Source of the DNA: Marinobacter sp.
GTDB lineage: Bacteria > Pseudomonadota > Gammaproteobacteria > Pseudomonadales > Oleiphilaceae
DNA: 46,586 bases
Direction of reading: 5' to 3'
Assembly (NCBI GenBank): GCA_033721635.1
Contig: JAWWAT010000001.1
Span: 1-46,586 of the forward strand
A program made the position numbers and the translations under genes. Below, piece after piece: positions 30,395 through 40,332 of this stretch. Every line of letters begins with the position of its first letter. Within the stretch, counting starts at the first letter, position 1. The notes below the pieces were generated by a model. It was not told where the DNA came from, made no database searches, and worked only from the letters and a program-made list of their open reading frames with translations.

Positions 30395-31111
30395 ATGCAA
30401 AAGATGCGGCGTTTTTTGCCCGCAGGCGTACTGTTGGCCGTGTGTGCTGCCTTTCCTCTCCCATCGCTTGGCGATTCGCTGGATGAGCAGCTTGTCGACC
30501 GCCTGCGAACAGTCGCTCCAAAGCTTGATGCCAAAGTTCTCAAGGCAGCCATCAGTGCGTCTCGCTGCGCTGTGTCGAATGGTGTGGAGATGCCCGAGCG
30601 TCTCGCGGTTATCGATTTCTCCCTGCCATCCCGCCAGGAACGGCTATGGATCTTCGACCTCGAAAAGGGAGAGTTGCTGCTTCGGGACCTGGTTGCGCAC
30701 GGCAAGAATTCGGGGAATTTCAAATCGACCGCCTTCTCCAATATTGAGGGCAGCCACCAGTCCAGTATTGGGCTTTTTCAGGCCAGGGAATCCTATTACG
30801 GTAAGCACGGTTACTCACTCAGGCTGGATGGCCTGGAGCCGGGGATCAACGATCTTGCCAGGCAGCGTGCCATCGTGATTCATGGCGCCGACTATGTGAA
30901 TGAGGAGTGGGTCAGCAAATACGGCCGGATCGGTCGTAGCCATGGGTGCCCGGCGGTGGATAATCAGATCGTGAAGCGTGTGGTGGACAACCTGAAGGGC
31001 GGGCAGTTGGTGTTCAAGTACTACCCGGACCAGGAGTGGCTGCACAGCTCCGGTTTCCTGAAATGCGACAACAAGACACTGGCGGGAAAAAACCTGCAAA
31101 AAAGTGGTTGA
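30395..31111 (+). CDS. Murein L,D-transpeptidase catalytic-domain protein (YkuD_2-like), exported
   Basis: Signal peptide; IDFSLPS, VAHGKNSG, SSIG.F, IVIHGADY, GRSHGCPAV (His/Cys catalytic motif). Confidence 0.87.
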   Translation: MQKMRRFLPAGVLLAVCAAFPLPSLGDSLDEQLVDRLRTVAPKLDAKVLKAAISASRCAVSNGVEMPERLAVIDFSLPSRQERLWIFDLEKGELLLRDLVAHGKNSGNFKSTAFSNIEGSHQSSIGLFQARESYYGKHGYSLRLDGLEPGINDLARQRAIVIHGADYVNEEWVSKYGRIGRSHGCPAVDNQIVKRVVDNLKGGQLVFKYYPDQEWLHSSGFLKCDNKTLAGKNLQKSG

Positions 31112-31140
31112 CGGCTTCGTCGGGATCCGTAGAATACGCC
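31108..31140 (+). promoter_or_regulatory. Stable-RNA-type sigma70 promoter of tRNA-Gly
   Basis: TTGACG (31108-31113), 16 nt, TAGAAT (31130-31135), discriminator ACGCC; A-tracts upstream. Confidence 0.78.
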
Positions 31141-31169
31141 TCCGTTGTCGGTAACAGCCGATCAGCATT

Positions 31170-31245
31170 GCGGGAATAGCTCAGTTGGTAGAGCACAACC
31201 TTGCCAAGGTTGGGGTCGCGAGTTCGAATCTCGTTTCCCGCTCCA
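31170..31245 (+). tRNA. tRNA-Gly(GCC)
   Basis: GCGGGAATAGCTCAGTTGGTAGAGCACAACCTTGCCAAGGTTGGGGTCGCGAGTTCGAATCTCGTTTCCCGCTCCA. Confidence 0.98.
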
Positions 31246-31252
31246 GATTCAG

Positions 31253-31284
31253 AAAACCCGGTCCTGAAAAGGATCGGGTTTTTT
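31253..31284 (+). terminator. Intrinsic terminator after tRNA-Gly
   Basis: AAAACCCGGTCCT-GAAA-AGGATCGGGTTTTTT. Confidence 0.85.
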
Positions 31285-31380
31285 CGTTTTCGGGCACCTG
31301 TAAACTCGGCGCCGGGGTGTGTGGTCAGGTATACTCTGCAGCCTGTTGCGTATCCTGCTTCTTTGGGGAGGCTGCCCGCC

Positions 31381-32175
31381 ATGAAGGTTCATTCGCTGTT
31401 CGTGTATCCCGTCAAATCCCTTTCTGGAATTGAAGTGACCTGTTTTAACACCGATGACTTCGGGCCGGTTGGAGATCGTCGATGGATGATCGTGGATGAC
31501 GACCGACGGTTTGTTACCCAGAGAGAGCACCCGGAACTTGCCCGGGTAGGAACCCGTCTGGACGGTGACCGGGTAGTCATCAGTATTCCTGATGAGGGCG
31601 AGTTTGCCCTGACTGCCACAGAGGAAGAGGTTCGGGTTCTGGTCTGGCGAGATTGGGTCAAGGCGCTGACTGGCTTGCCGGGGGCAAACGACGCCCTGAG
31701 CCGTTTTTGTGGTAAGCCTGTTCGCCTCGTGTTTATGCCGGAAAGCTCTTTTCGCCGTGTTGATGCGGGCCGGGTCGACGAGTATCGCCGGGTGGGTTTC
31801 GCCGACGGGTTCCCCTTTCTAGTGACCAACACCGCCTCCCTGGCAGAGCTGAATACCCGGCTCACGGCGCCCGTGGAGATGCGCAGATTCCGCCCCAATA
31901 TTGTGGTTGAGGGAGCAGAGGCATGGGATGAAGATCACTGGCGGAGCCTGAGCGTTGGCGACAATCAGCTGAGCATCGTAAAGCCCTGTTCGCGCTGTGT
32001 CATGACCACCGTGGATCCCACCACGGGCCAAAAGGATGCCGCCCTGCAACCTTTGAGGACGCTCTCCGGTTATCGCAGAACCCAGGAGGGGGTCATCTTC
32101 GGGCAGAACGCCGTACATGAATCACCGGGTATTATTCGGGTGGGTGATCCCGTTACCGCCAACAAATCGGAGTAG
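31381..32175 (+). CDS. MOSC domain-containing protein (YcbX/mARC-like, no ferredoxin fusion)
   Basis: LFVYPVKS, GDRRWM, GFADGFP, RFRPNIVV, KPCSRCVMTTVDP, FGQN; ATG 31381 with SD GGAGG. Confidence 0.9.
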   Translation: MKVHSLFVYPVKSLSGIEVTCFNTDDFGPVGDRRWMIVDDDRRFVTQREHPELARVGTRLDGDRVVISIPDEGEFALTATEEEVRVLVWRDWVKALTGLPGANDALSRFCGKPVRLVFMPESSFRRVDAGRVDEYRRVGFADGFPFLVTNTASLAELNTRLTAPVEMRRFRPNIVVEGAEAWDEDHWRSLSVGDNQLSIVKPCSRCVMTTVDPTTGQKDAALQPLRTLSGYRRTQEGVIFGQNAVHESPGIIRVGDPVTANKSE

Positions 32176-32183
32176 AACCAAAC

Positions 32184-34136
32184 GTGCCACTGTTAACGCT
32201 GGACTCAGTTTCCCTGGCTTATGGAATGCACCCGCTGCTGGATCAGGCCTCACTGGTTATCGATGCCGGAGAGAGAGTGTGTTTGCTGGGACGAAACGGT
32301 GAGGGAAAATCGACCCTGCTCAGGATTGTCAGCGGAGAAGTGATCCCCGACGGTGGTGTGGTGCGTCTTGATGATGGCGCTGTGCTGGCGGTGCTTCCGC
32401 AAAACCTGCCTTCGGAAGATGCCCGCACGGCCTATGAAGTGGTCGCCGGGGCCTTCCCGGAAACAGGCCAGTTGCTCGCTGAATTTCATCAGCTGTCCCA
32501 GCAGGCAGATGAGGCGAGTCTCGACCGGCTGATGAAGGTTCAGGAGCGTCTGGAGGCTCTTGATGGATGGCGCCTGGATCAGAAAGTCACCACCATTCTC
32601 GGCCAGTACGGCGTTGATCCGGATCAGACCCTCGATACCCTCTCCGGAGGCTGGCAGCGCCGCGTTTTATTGGCCAAGGCACTGGTTGCCGACCCGGACA
32701 TACTGTTGTTGGACGAGCCCACCAACCACCTGGATGTGCCGGCAATTGCCTGGCTCGAAGAGGCTCTTGGCCAATTCCGGGGTGCCATGCTGTTTGTCAG
32801 CCACGATCGGGCGTTCATACGGCGTATGGCGACCCGTATCGTTGAGCTGGACCGGGGCAAACTGGTGAGTTTCGCGGCTACCTATGATCGCTACCTTGAT
32901 CTGAAAGAGAAAGCGCTTGAAGAGGAAGAGCGCCAAAATGCATTGTTCGATAAGCGACTCAAGCAGGAAGAGGCCTGGATTCGACAGGGTATCAAGGCCC
33001 GCAGGACCCGCAATATGGGACGCGTTCGTGCCTTGAAGGCGATGCGCGAGGAACACCGGCAGCGCAGGGTGCGGGGTGGCACCGCGAGCTTTGCAGTGGA
33101 AGACGCTGCACGCTCCGGAAAACTCGTGGCTGAAACCCGGAACGCAGGGTTTGCCTATCCCAATGGCAGCCCGGTAATAAAGGATATGAACCTTACCATC
33201 CTGCGTGGGGACAAGATCGGGCTCGTCGGGGAAAACGGCACAGGCAAGACAACGCTTGTTCGACTCCTGCTGGGGGACCTGGAACCAACCGAGGGTTCCA
33301 TTCGTCTTGGTACCAACCTGCAGGTTGCTTATTTCGACCAATTGCGTGGTGAGCTCGATCTCACGAAGAACGCGCTGGATAACCTGTCCGAGGGCCGGGA
33401 ATTCATCGACATCAATGGCCAGAGCAAACATGTGCTCGGCTATTTGCAGGAGTTCCTTTTTACCCCGGAGCGGGCGCGGTCACCGGTCAGTGTGTTTTCC
33501 GGCGGTGAGCGTGCCCGGCTGCTGCTGGCCAAGTTGTTCAGCAAGCCTGCCAATATCCTGGTGCTCGACGAGCCAACCAACGATCTGGATGTCGAAACGC
33601 TGGAATTGCTGGAAGAACAGCTGGCGGAATTTGCCGGCACCGTAATCGTGATCAGTCACGACCGGGAGTTTCTCGATAATGTGATCACCGAAACGGTTTT
33701 CCTGGATGGTTCGGGCAAAGTGCGTGAGTACGTGGGCGGCTACACCGACTGGCGTCGGCAGGGCGGCTGCTTCCCGTCTGAGGCCACCGGTAACCGGCCG
33801 GATAAGCAGGATAAAACCGGCAAGACATCCGGTAGCAACAACAGGTCCGTATCACAGAAACCGGCAGAAAACGCAAAAGGGCGGGCAGAACCTGAGAAGG
33901 GTAAAGCCGCGAAACTGAGTTACAAGCTCAAGCTTGAGCTGGAGCAATTGCCAGGCCAGATCGAGGAGCTCGAGCAGGAAGTCGCCGGCCTACAGGAAAG
34001 AATTTCCCAGGCCGATTTTTATTCAGGCCCACCGGATGAAGTCTCTGCCACTCTGGAAGCATTGACGGAAAAGGAAAACCGTCTGGAGCAGGTCATTGAG
34101 CGGTGGATGGAGCTGGAAGAACAGGCAAGCCAATGA
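32184..34136 (+). CDS. uup: ABC-F family ATPase Uup
   Basis: Two ABC cassettes (GRNGEGKST/LSGGW/DEPTNHLD and GENGTGKTT/FSGGE/DEPTNDLD), linker EEAWIRQGIKARRTRN, C-terminal KLSYK...ERWMELE coiled coil. Confidence 0.93.
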   Translation: MPLLTLDSVSLAYGMHPLLDQASLVIDAGERVCLLGRNGEGKSTLLRIVSGEVIPDGGVVRLDDGAVLAVLPQNLPSEDARTAYEVVAGAFPETGQLLAEFHQLSQQADEASLDRLMKVQERLEALDGWRLDQKVTTILGQYGVDPDQTLDTLSGGWQRRVLLAKALVADPDILLLDEPTNHLDVPAIAWLEEALGQFRGAMLFVSHDRAFIRRMATRIVELDRGKLVSFAATYDRYLDLKEKALEEEERQNALFDKRLKQEEAWIRQGIKARRTRNMGRVRALKAMREEHRQRRVRGGTASFAVEDAARSGKLVAETRNAGFAYPNGSPVIKDMNLTILRGDKIGLVGENGTGKTTLVRLLLGDLEPTEGSIRLGTNLQVAYFDQLRGELDLTKNALDNLSEGREFIDINGQSKHVLGYLQEFLFTPERARSPVSVFSGGERARLLLAKLFSKPANILVLDEPTNDLDVETLELLEEQLAEFAGTVIVISHDREFLDNVITETVFLDGSGKVREYVGGYTDWRRQGGCFPSEATGNRPDKQDKTGKTSGSNNRSVSQKPAENAKGRAEPEKGKAAKLSYKLKLELEQLPGQIEELEQEVAGLQERISQADFYSGPPDEVSATLEALTEKENRLEQVIERWMELEEQASQ

Positions 34137-34801
34137 ACGTACACTACGATTTTAGATTTCAGGACGGTCGTACCGTTGAATTCAAAGTCACGGACAAGCC
34201 TTCCCGGCCGTCGGGCTCGCTCCCGTCCTGGACAAAACTGGAGCATTGCCAGTGTAGCAATTGCCCGCTTAAAGCGGCGGAATCTCCCCACTGTCCGGCT
34301 GCAACGGAAATATTGCCGGTGGTGGAGGCTTTCCGGGATGAAGACGCCTATCAGAAGGTTGAGGTGAAGGTGACGGACGAGCGCCGGAGCTATGTGAAGC
34401 AGACTGCGCTGGAGGAGGCGCTCCGTTCGCTGCTCGGATTGAAGATGGCGACCAGCGGATGCCCGGTGCTGTCAGAACTCAAGCCGATGGCCGTTCATCA
34501 CCTGCCGTTTGCGAATACCGATGAATTCATCATGCGCAGTGTGTCCCATTATCTTTTGCAGCAATACTTTGCCAAACGGAATCACCAGACTCCGGACTGG
34601 GATCTGAAGGGGCTCGTGGAGAGGAATCAGAGGCTGCAACTCGTCAACCAGGCCCTTTGGCAGCGCATTCACTCGGTCTGCAAGGGCGACAGTAATCTGA
34701 AGGCGTTGCTGAACTTCTTTTCAATGGCATCCAGTGTCAGTTTCTCGCTAGAAAGCCAGCTGCGCAAACTGGAGGCCAAAATGGGCGGAGAGGGCGCCTG
34801 A
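34133..34801 (+). CDS. Conserved hypothetical Cys-motif protein (resembles DUF6901 family, recalled and not verified)
   Basis: ATGA overlap with the uup stop; WTKLEHCQCSNCPL...HCPAA, MATSGCP, KPMAVHHLPFA. Confidence 0.7.
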   Translation: MNVHYDFRFQDGRTVEFKVTDKPSRPSGSLPSWTKLEHCQCSNCPLKAAESPHCPAATEILPVVEAFRDEDAYQKVEVKVTDERRSYVKQTALEEALRSLLGLKMATSGCPVLSELKPMAVHHLPFANTDEFIMRSVSHYLLQQYFAKRNHQTPDWDLKGLVERNQRLQLVNQALWQRIHSVCKGDSNLKALLNFFSMASSVSFSLESQLRKLEAKMGGEGA

Positions 34802-34860
34802 TAGCCCCTCGCCCTCAGTTTGTGCCCGGGTCCGGGCCCGGGCCGTCTGTTCAGCAACTG

Positions 34861-35292
34861 TTAATGAATTCGAACCGCCAGAACATCGCATTCGGTTCCA
34901 TGCAGGACCCCGTTGGCGGTTGAGCCCAGCAACAGCTGGAAACCCTTACGTCCGTGACTGCCCACAATCACCAGATCCACCTCCTGTTCCTTGGCGAGCC
35001 TGTGAATTTCAGACTCCGGACGTCCGACCGTTACAACCTGATTGTTCTTCGCTACGCCGTACTGATCGCCGTAGGTTCCCAGCTGTTCACGGGCCGCTTT
35101 GTCGAGCTGGTCCTGCAGTTCCGTCAGATCCATCGGGATATCGCCACCATAGGCATACCCGACAGGCTCAACCACGTGGACCAACATCAACTCGGCACCG
35201 TGGGCCTCGCTCACGGCTTTTGCCTTGTTGAGCACCTGCGGAGCCTCCTCGGTGAGGTCAATGGCAACAAGCATCTTTTTATAGGCGGACAT
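34861..35292 (-). CDS. Universal stress protein (UspA family)
   Basis: YKKMLVAIDL, LVHVVEP, DLVIVGSHGRKG...LLGSTANGVLH..CDVLAVR; SD AAGGAG before ATG 35292. Confidence 0.93.
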   Translation of the reverse strand: MSAYKKMLVAIDLTEEAPQVLNKAKAVSEAHGAELMLVHVVEPVGYAYGGDIPMDLTELQDQLDKAAREQLGTYGDQYGVAKNNQVVTVGRPESEIHRLAKEQEVDLVIVGSHGRKGFQLLLGSTANGVLHGTECDVLAVRIH

Positions 35293-35401
35293 CGTATCGC
35301 TCCTTCGCACACAGGGTATTGTTCTGAGGATAGTACCTTAAATCCGGTCGGGAAAGTGTAGCGGGAAACTGACCGGTATCAATAATGAAGGCGGAAAAGC
35401 G

Positions 35402-35435
35402 CTTTTCTGGCAGGCAATTAGACCCGCCAGAAAAG
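35402..35435 (-). terminator. Hairpin/terminator after the secreted hypothetical gene
   Basis: CTTTTCTGGC...GCCAGAAAAG inverted repeat just past the stop at 35449. Confidence 0.5.
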
Positions 35436-35448
35436 GAAGGAAGAGGTG

Positions 35449-36267
35449 TCAGGCATTACCCTGGAGAAGATCAATGGTGGTGGCCAGCCCCTTGAGGATC
35501 CCCTTGGAGTAGCGATCGATTACAAAACCTACGTTGTTCTCGTTGTAGTTAATGTAGGACCCGCGAATAAACTGCCACTTGGAAGAGATGTCATTCAGCG
35601 TTGCTTTCAGTTCCGCCGTCCCGTCGCCCTGAATGACAGACGACAGCAGCTCATCCAGTTCCCGGGCCTGCTCATCGAGTGGTGTTTCAGTCGAAGAGCC
35701 CTGGAAGGTCTGGGCGACGGAAGAGTTGGTCCGAACGGAGTACTTGGCCATCATCTGGGCCATTTTGACGGCAGCCGAACGCGCGGCCTCAACCCTGGGG
35801 TTGGTTTCGGTTTGGGAGCTTTCCTGGGCTACGCGGTATAGCTCTGTGGCTTTGTCGTTCATGGTCAGCGCCTGGTTGGCCATGTCTGAGACCAGGCGCA
35901 GGTCCGGATAGCCCTGGTTGCGAACGTCGTTGATATTATCGCGCATCAGGTTCTTGAACTTGTCGAACTCCTGATTAAGTCCTTCAATCTCCTCTGCAGA
36001 GAGTACGCCTGAATCACTGCCTGCTATGGAGTTCATGGCATCGTTGGCTGAATTGATGCCCTGCACAATCTCATTGAGGGTGTCGGTATCGCCGGTGCTA
36101 CTGAATCGGTAGTAGGCATCAAGGGCCATGTAGTTGCTGACCCGGAAATTATGAAGGTCGGAGAGAAATCCATCGGCGCTCTCCTGGGCGCGGACACCCA
36201 TGGAAGTCAATGCGAGCAGGATAAGTGCGGCTACAAGGGAACGTATCCGCAGGTTTGCGTCTTTCAT
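35449..36267 (-). CDS. Hypothetical exported all-alpha protein
   Basis: 272-aa ORF with Sec signal (RIRSLVAALILLALTSMGVRA-Q) and SD GGAG; helical, acidic composition; no family recognised with confidence. Confidence 0.75.
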   Translation of the reverse strand: MKDANLRIRSLVAALILLALTSMGVRAQESADGFLSDLHNFRVSNYMALDAYYRFSSTGDTDTLNEIVQGINSANDAMNSIAGSDSGVLSAEEIEGLNQEFDKFKNLMRDNINDVRNQGYPDLRLVSDMANQALTMNDKATELYRVAQESSQTETNPRVEAARSAAVKMAQMMAKYSVRTNSSVAQTFQGSSTETPLDEQARELDELLSSVIQGDGTAELKATLNDISSKWQFIRGSYINYNENNVGFVIDRYSKGILKGLATTIDLLQGNA

Positions 36268-36527
36268 CGGATGGGTCTCCGTAATACGGTTTTATTATTG
36301 TGGACCAAAGTCGTAGATCGAAGGTAAAGTAACTGCGTCAGCCAATCAAGCAATTTTGGCGGCGTTGCCACTCGTAAATGTAAACAAGTTTGAAATTTGC
36401 GTGACGAAGTTCCGGTTTTTTCTGAGCAGTGGCTTCCAGTTCACTGAAACATAACAATTCCGCTCCAATTTTCTTCGGTTGCCCCCGGTGTTTCGGGGAC
36501 TTTTGCAGCCCTCCCGAAAGAAACAAA

Positions 36528-36587
36528 TTGACAAATGCGCCGTTTTTTTTCATCGTGTGCCCTCACGATTCAAACGACTGTATGAAT
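36528..36587 (+). promoter_or_regulatory. fadBA promoter with downstream PsrA-like operator
   Basis: TTGACA (36528-36533), 17 nt, CATCGT; near-palindrome ATTCAAAC-GACT-GTATGAAT (36568-36587) matches the PsrA CAAAC-N2-4-GTTTG motif with one mismatch. Confidence 0.65.
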
Positions 36588-36703
36588 TTTTGGATCGGAT
36601 GATCGGGCAGTGACCGAAATCTCGCTGCACAAACAGCCGTGCCGGTAAATCAAAAGTACCGCCCGGTTGGAAGCAGTTCCAAACACAGACTGGAGATCAG
36701 TTG

Positions 36704-38851
36704 ATGATTTACGAAGGTAAAGCCATCACGGTTAAAGAGATCGAAGGCGGGATCGCTCAGTTGAACTTCGACTTGCAGGGCGAGTCAGTAAACAAGTTCA
36801 ACCGTCTTACTATTGAAGAGCTCCGCGCCGCGACTGACGCACTTAAAGCGCAGAAGAACCTGAAGGGCCTGGTGGTTACCAGCTCCAAGGACAGCTTCAT
36901 TGTTGGTGCCGACATTACCGAATTCACCGAGCTGTTCGCCGGCTCGGAAGAGGATCTGGTAGCCAACAACCTCAAGGCCAACGAAGTCTTCAACGCCGTT
37001 GAAGATCTGCCGTTCCCCACCGTTACCGCGATTAACGGTATGGCGCTGGGTGGCGGTTTCGAAATGTGTCTGGCCACCGACTACCGCGTGATGGACAAGA
37101 AGGCCAAGGTTGGTCTTCCGGAAGTTAAGCTTGGTATCTTCCCGGGCTTTGGCGGAACCGTGCGTCTGTCCCGTCTGGTCGGTGTGGACAATGCCGTTGA
37201 GTGGATCAGCGGTGGTACCGAGAACCGTGCAGATGTTGCTCTGAAGGTTGGCGCTGTTGATGCCGTGCTCGAGTCCGACAAGCTGGTCGATGCTGCTGTT
37301 GCCATTATTAACCAGTGCAACGAAGGCAAGCTGGACCACGAAGCCCGTCGTGAAGAGAAGAAGGGCAAGATCAAGCTCAATGCCATGGAAAGCATGATGG
37401 CATTCGAGATTTCCAAAGCGTTTGTTGCCGGCAAGGCTGGCAAGAACTACCCGGCGCCGGTCGAGGCCATCAAGGTCATGCAGAAGCATGCCGGCATGAC
37501 TCGCGACAAGGCAATCGAAGTGGAAGCCAAAGGCTTCGCCAAGATGGCCAAGACCAATGTGGCGGCCTGCCTGGTTGGCCTGTTCCTGAACGATCAGGAA
37601 TTGAAGAAGAAGGCCAAGGCTTGGGAAAAAGAAGCCAACGACGTGAACCTGGCTGCCGTTCTGGGTGCCGGTATCATGGGCGGTGGCGTTGCATTCCAGT
37701 CTGCCCTGAAAGGCACGCCGATCATCATGAAGGACATCAACCAGGACGGTATCGCCCTGGGTCTGAAAGAAGCCAAGAAGCTTCTGTCCAAGCGTGTTGA
37801 AAAAGGAAAGATGAAGCCGGATCAGATGGCCGACGTGCTCAACAGCATCACGCCGACCCTGAACTATGGCGATTTCAAGAATGTGGATCTGGTGGTTGAA
37901 GCGGTTGTTGAAAACCCGAAGGTGAAAGATGCGGTACTGCGTGAAACCGAAGATGCGGTTCGCGACGACACCATTCTGACCTCCAACACCTCGACGATCT
38001 CCATCGATCTGCTGGCCAAGAACCTGAAGCGTCCGGAAAACTTCTGCGGCATGCACTTCTTCAACCCGGTGCACATGATGCCGCTGGTTGAGGTTATCCG
38101 TGGCGAGAAGACCAGCGATCGCGCCATTGCAACAACGGTGGCCTACGCAAAGGCCATGGGCAAGACCCCGATCGTTGTAAACGATTGCCCGGGCTTCCTG
38201 GTCAACCGTGTTCTGTTCCCGTACTTCGGCGGCTTTATCGGCCTGGTACGTGACGGTGCTGACTTCCAGCACGTTGACAAGGTTATGGAAAAGTTCGGCT
38301 GGCCCATGGGTCCTGCGTACCTGCTGGACGTGGTCGGCATGGATACCGGCAAGCACGCTGGCGAAGTAATGGCAGACGGCTTCCCGGACCGGATGAAGCA
38401 CGAAGGTACAACCGCCATTGACGTGATGTTCGATAACAACCGTTACGGACAGAAGAACGACAAGGGCTTCTACAAGTATGAACTGGACCGCAAGGGCAAG
38501 CAGAAGAAGGTTGTCGATGAAGAGACCTACAAGCTGCTCGAGCCGGTTGTTCAGGGTAAGAACGAGTTCAGCGACGAAGACATCATCGCCCGTATGATGA
38601 TTCCTCTTTGCCTGGAAACCGTTCGCTGCCTGGAAGACGGCATTGTCGAAGATCCGGCAGATGCTGATATGGGCCTGATTTTCGGTATCGGCTTCCCGCC
38701 GTTCCGTGGTGGTGCCCTGCGCTATATCGACGATATGGGTGTAGACAAGTTCGTCGAACTGGCAGACAAGTTTGCAGACCTTGGTCCTCTTTATCACCCG
38801 ACCGAGAAGCTGCGTGAAATGGCCAAGACTGGCAAAAAGTTCTTTGGCTAA
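36704..38851 (+). CDS. fadB: Fatty acid oxidation complex alpha subunit FadB
   Basis: Crotonase domain ([25 protein letters not shown]) plus HAD domain ([30 protein letters not shown]); ATG 36704 (or TTG 36701). Confidence 0.97.
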   Translation: MIYEGKAITVKEIEGGIAQLNFDLQGESVNKFNRLTIEELRAATDALKAQKNLKGLVVTSSKDSFIVGADITEFTELFAGSEEDLVANNLKANEVFNAVEDLPFPTVTAINGMALGGGFEMCLATDYRVMDKKAKVGLPEVKLGIFPGFGGTVRLSRLVGVDNAVEWISGGTENRADVALKVGAVDAVLESDKLVDAAVAIINQCNEGKLDHEARREEKKGKIKLNAMESMMAFEISKAFVAGKAGKNYPAPVEAIKVMQKHAGMTRDKAIEVEAKGFAKMAKTNVAACLVGLFLNDQELKKKAKAWEKEANDVNLAAVLGAGIMGGGVAFQSALKGTPIIMKDINQDGIALGLKEAKKLLSKRVEKGKMKPDQMADVLNSITPTLNYGDFKNVDLVVEAVVENPKVKDAVLRETEDAVRDDTILTSNTSTISIDLLAKNLKRPENFCGMHFFNPVHMMPLVEVIRGEKTSDRAIATTVAYAKAMGKTPIVVNDCPGFLVNRVLFPYFGGFIGLVRDGADFQHVDKVMEKFGWPMGPAYLLDVVGMDTGKHAGEVMADGFPDRMKHEGTTAIDVMFDNNRYGQKNDKGFYKYELDRKGKQKKVVDEETYKLLEPVVQGKNEFSDEDIIARMMIPLCLETVRCLEDGIVEDPADADMGLIFGIGFPPFRGGALRYIDDMGVDKFVELADKFADLGPLYHPTEKLREMAKTGKKFFG

Positions 38852-38857
38852 CCCTGA

Positions 38858-40060
<1,203 letters not shown>

Positions 40061-40090
40061 TCCACTAACCGGATTGCATTTCGCGGTTTT

Positions 40091-40124
40091 AGAAGGCCCG
40101 GCAAATGCCGGGCCTTTCTGTTTC
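40091..40124 (+). terminator. Intrinsic terminator of fadBA
   Basis: AAGGCCCGGCA-AA-TGCCGGGCCTT inverted repeat followed by TCTGTTT. Confidence 0.8.
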
Positions 40125-40201
40125 AAGAGGCAGGCCCAACAGTGTTCCCGAATGTGAAAAAAAGCAGGATTGAAACCAAAGAATGGGTTGTCTTGCTATT
40201 C

Positions 40202-40230
40202 TTGACCCTGTAAAACAGTGAGCCTATACA
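40202..40230 (+). promoter_or_regulatory. Candidate topA promoter
   Basis: TTGACC, 17 nt, TATACA, about 100 nt upstream of ATG 40333. Confidence 0.45.
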
Positions 40231-40332
40231 AAATGGCGGCGCATTTGTGTTTTCTAGCCGACTGATTTTACAGCGAGTTTACGGTTTGCTGATTTATTGA
40301 CCGATTTATCGCCAAGGATACAGATCTCCGAT

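Noticed and set aside
34824-34843. GC palindrome GCCCGGGT-CCGG-GCCCGGGC between convergent genes
   Set aside because: Only one copy noticed and no U-tract; at most a 3'-end stabiliser, not enough to call a REP element or terminator.
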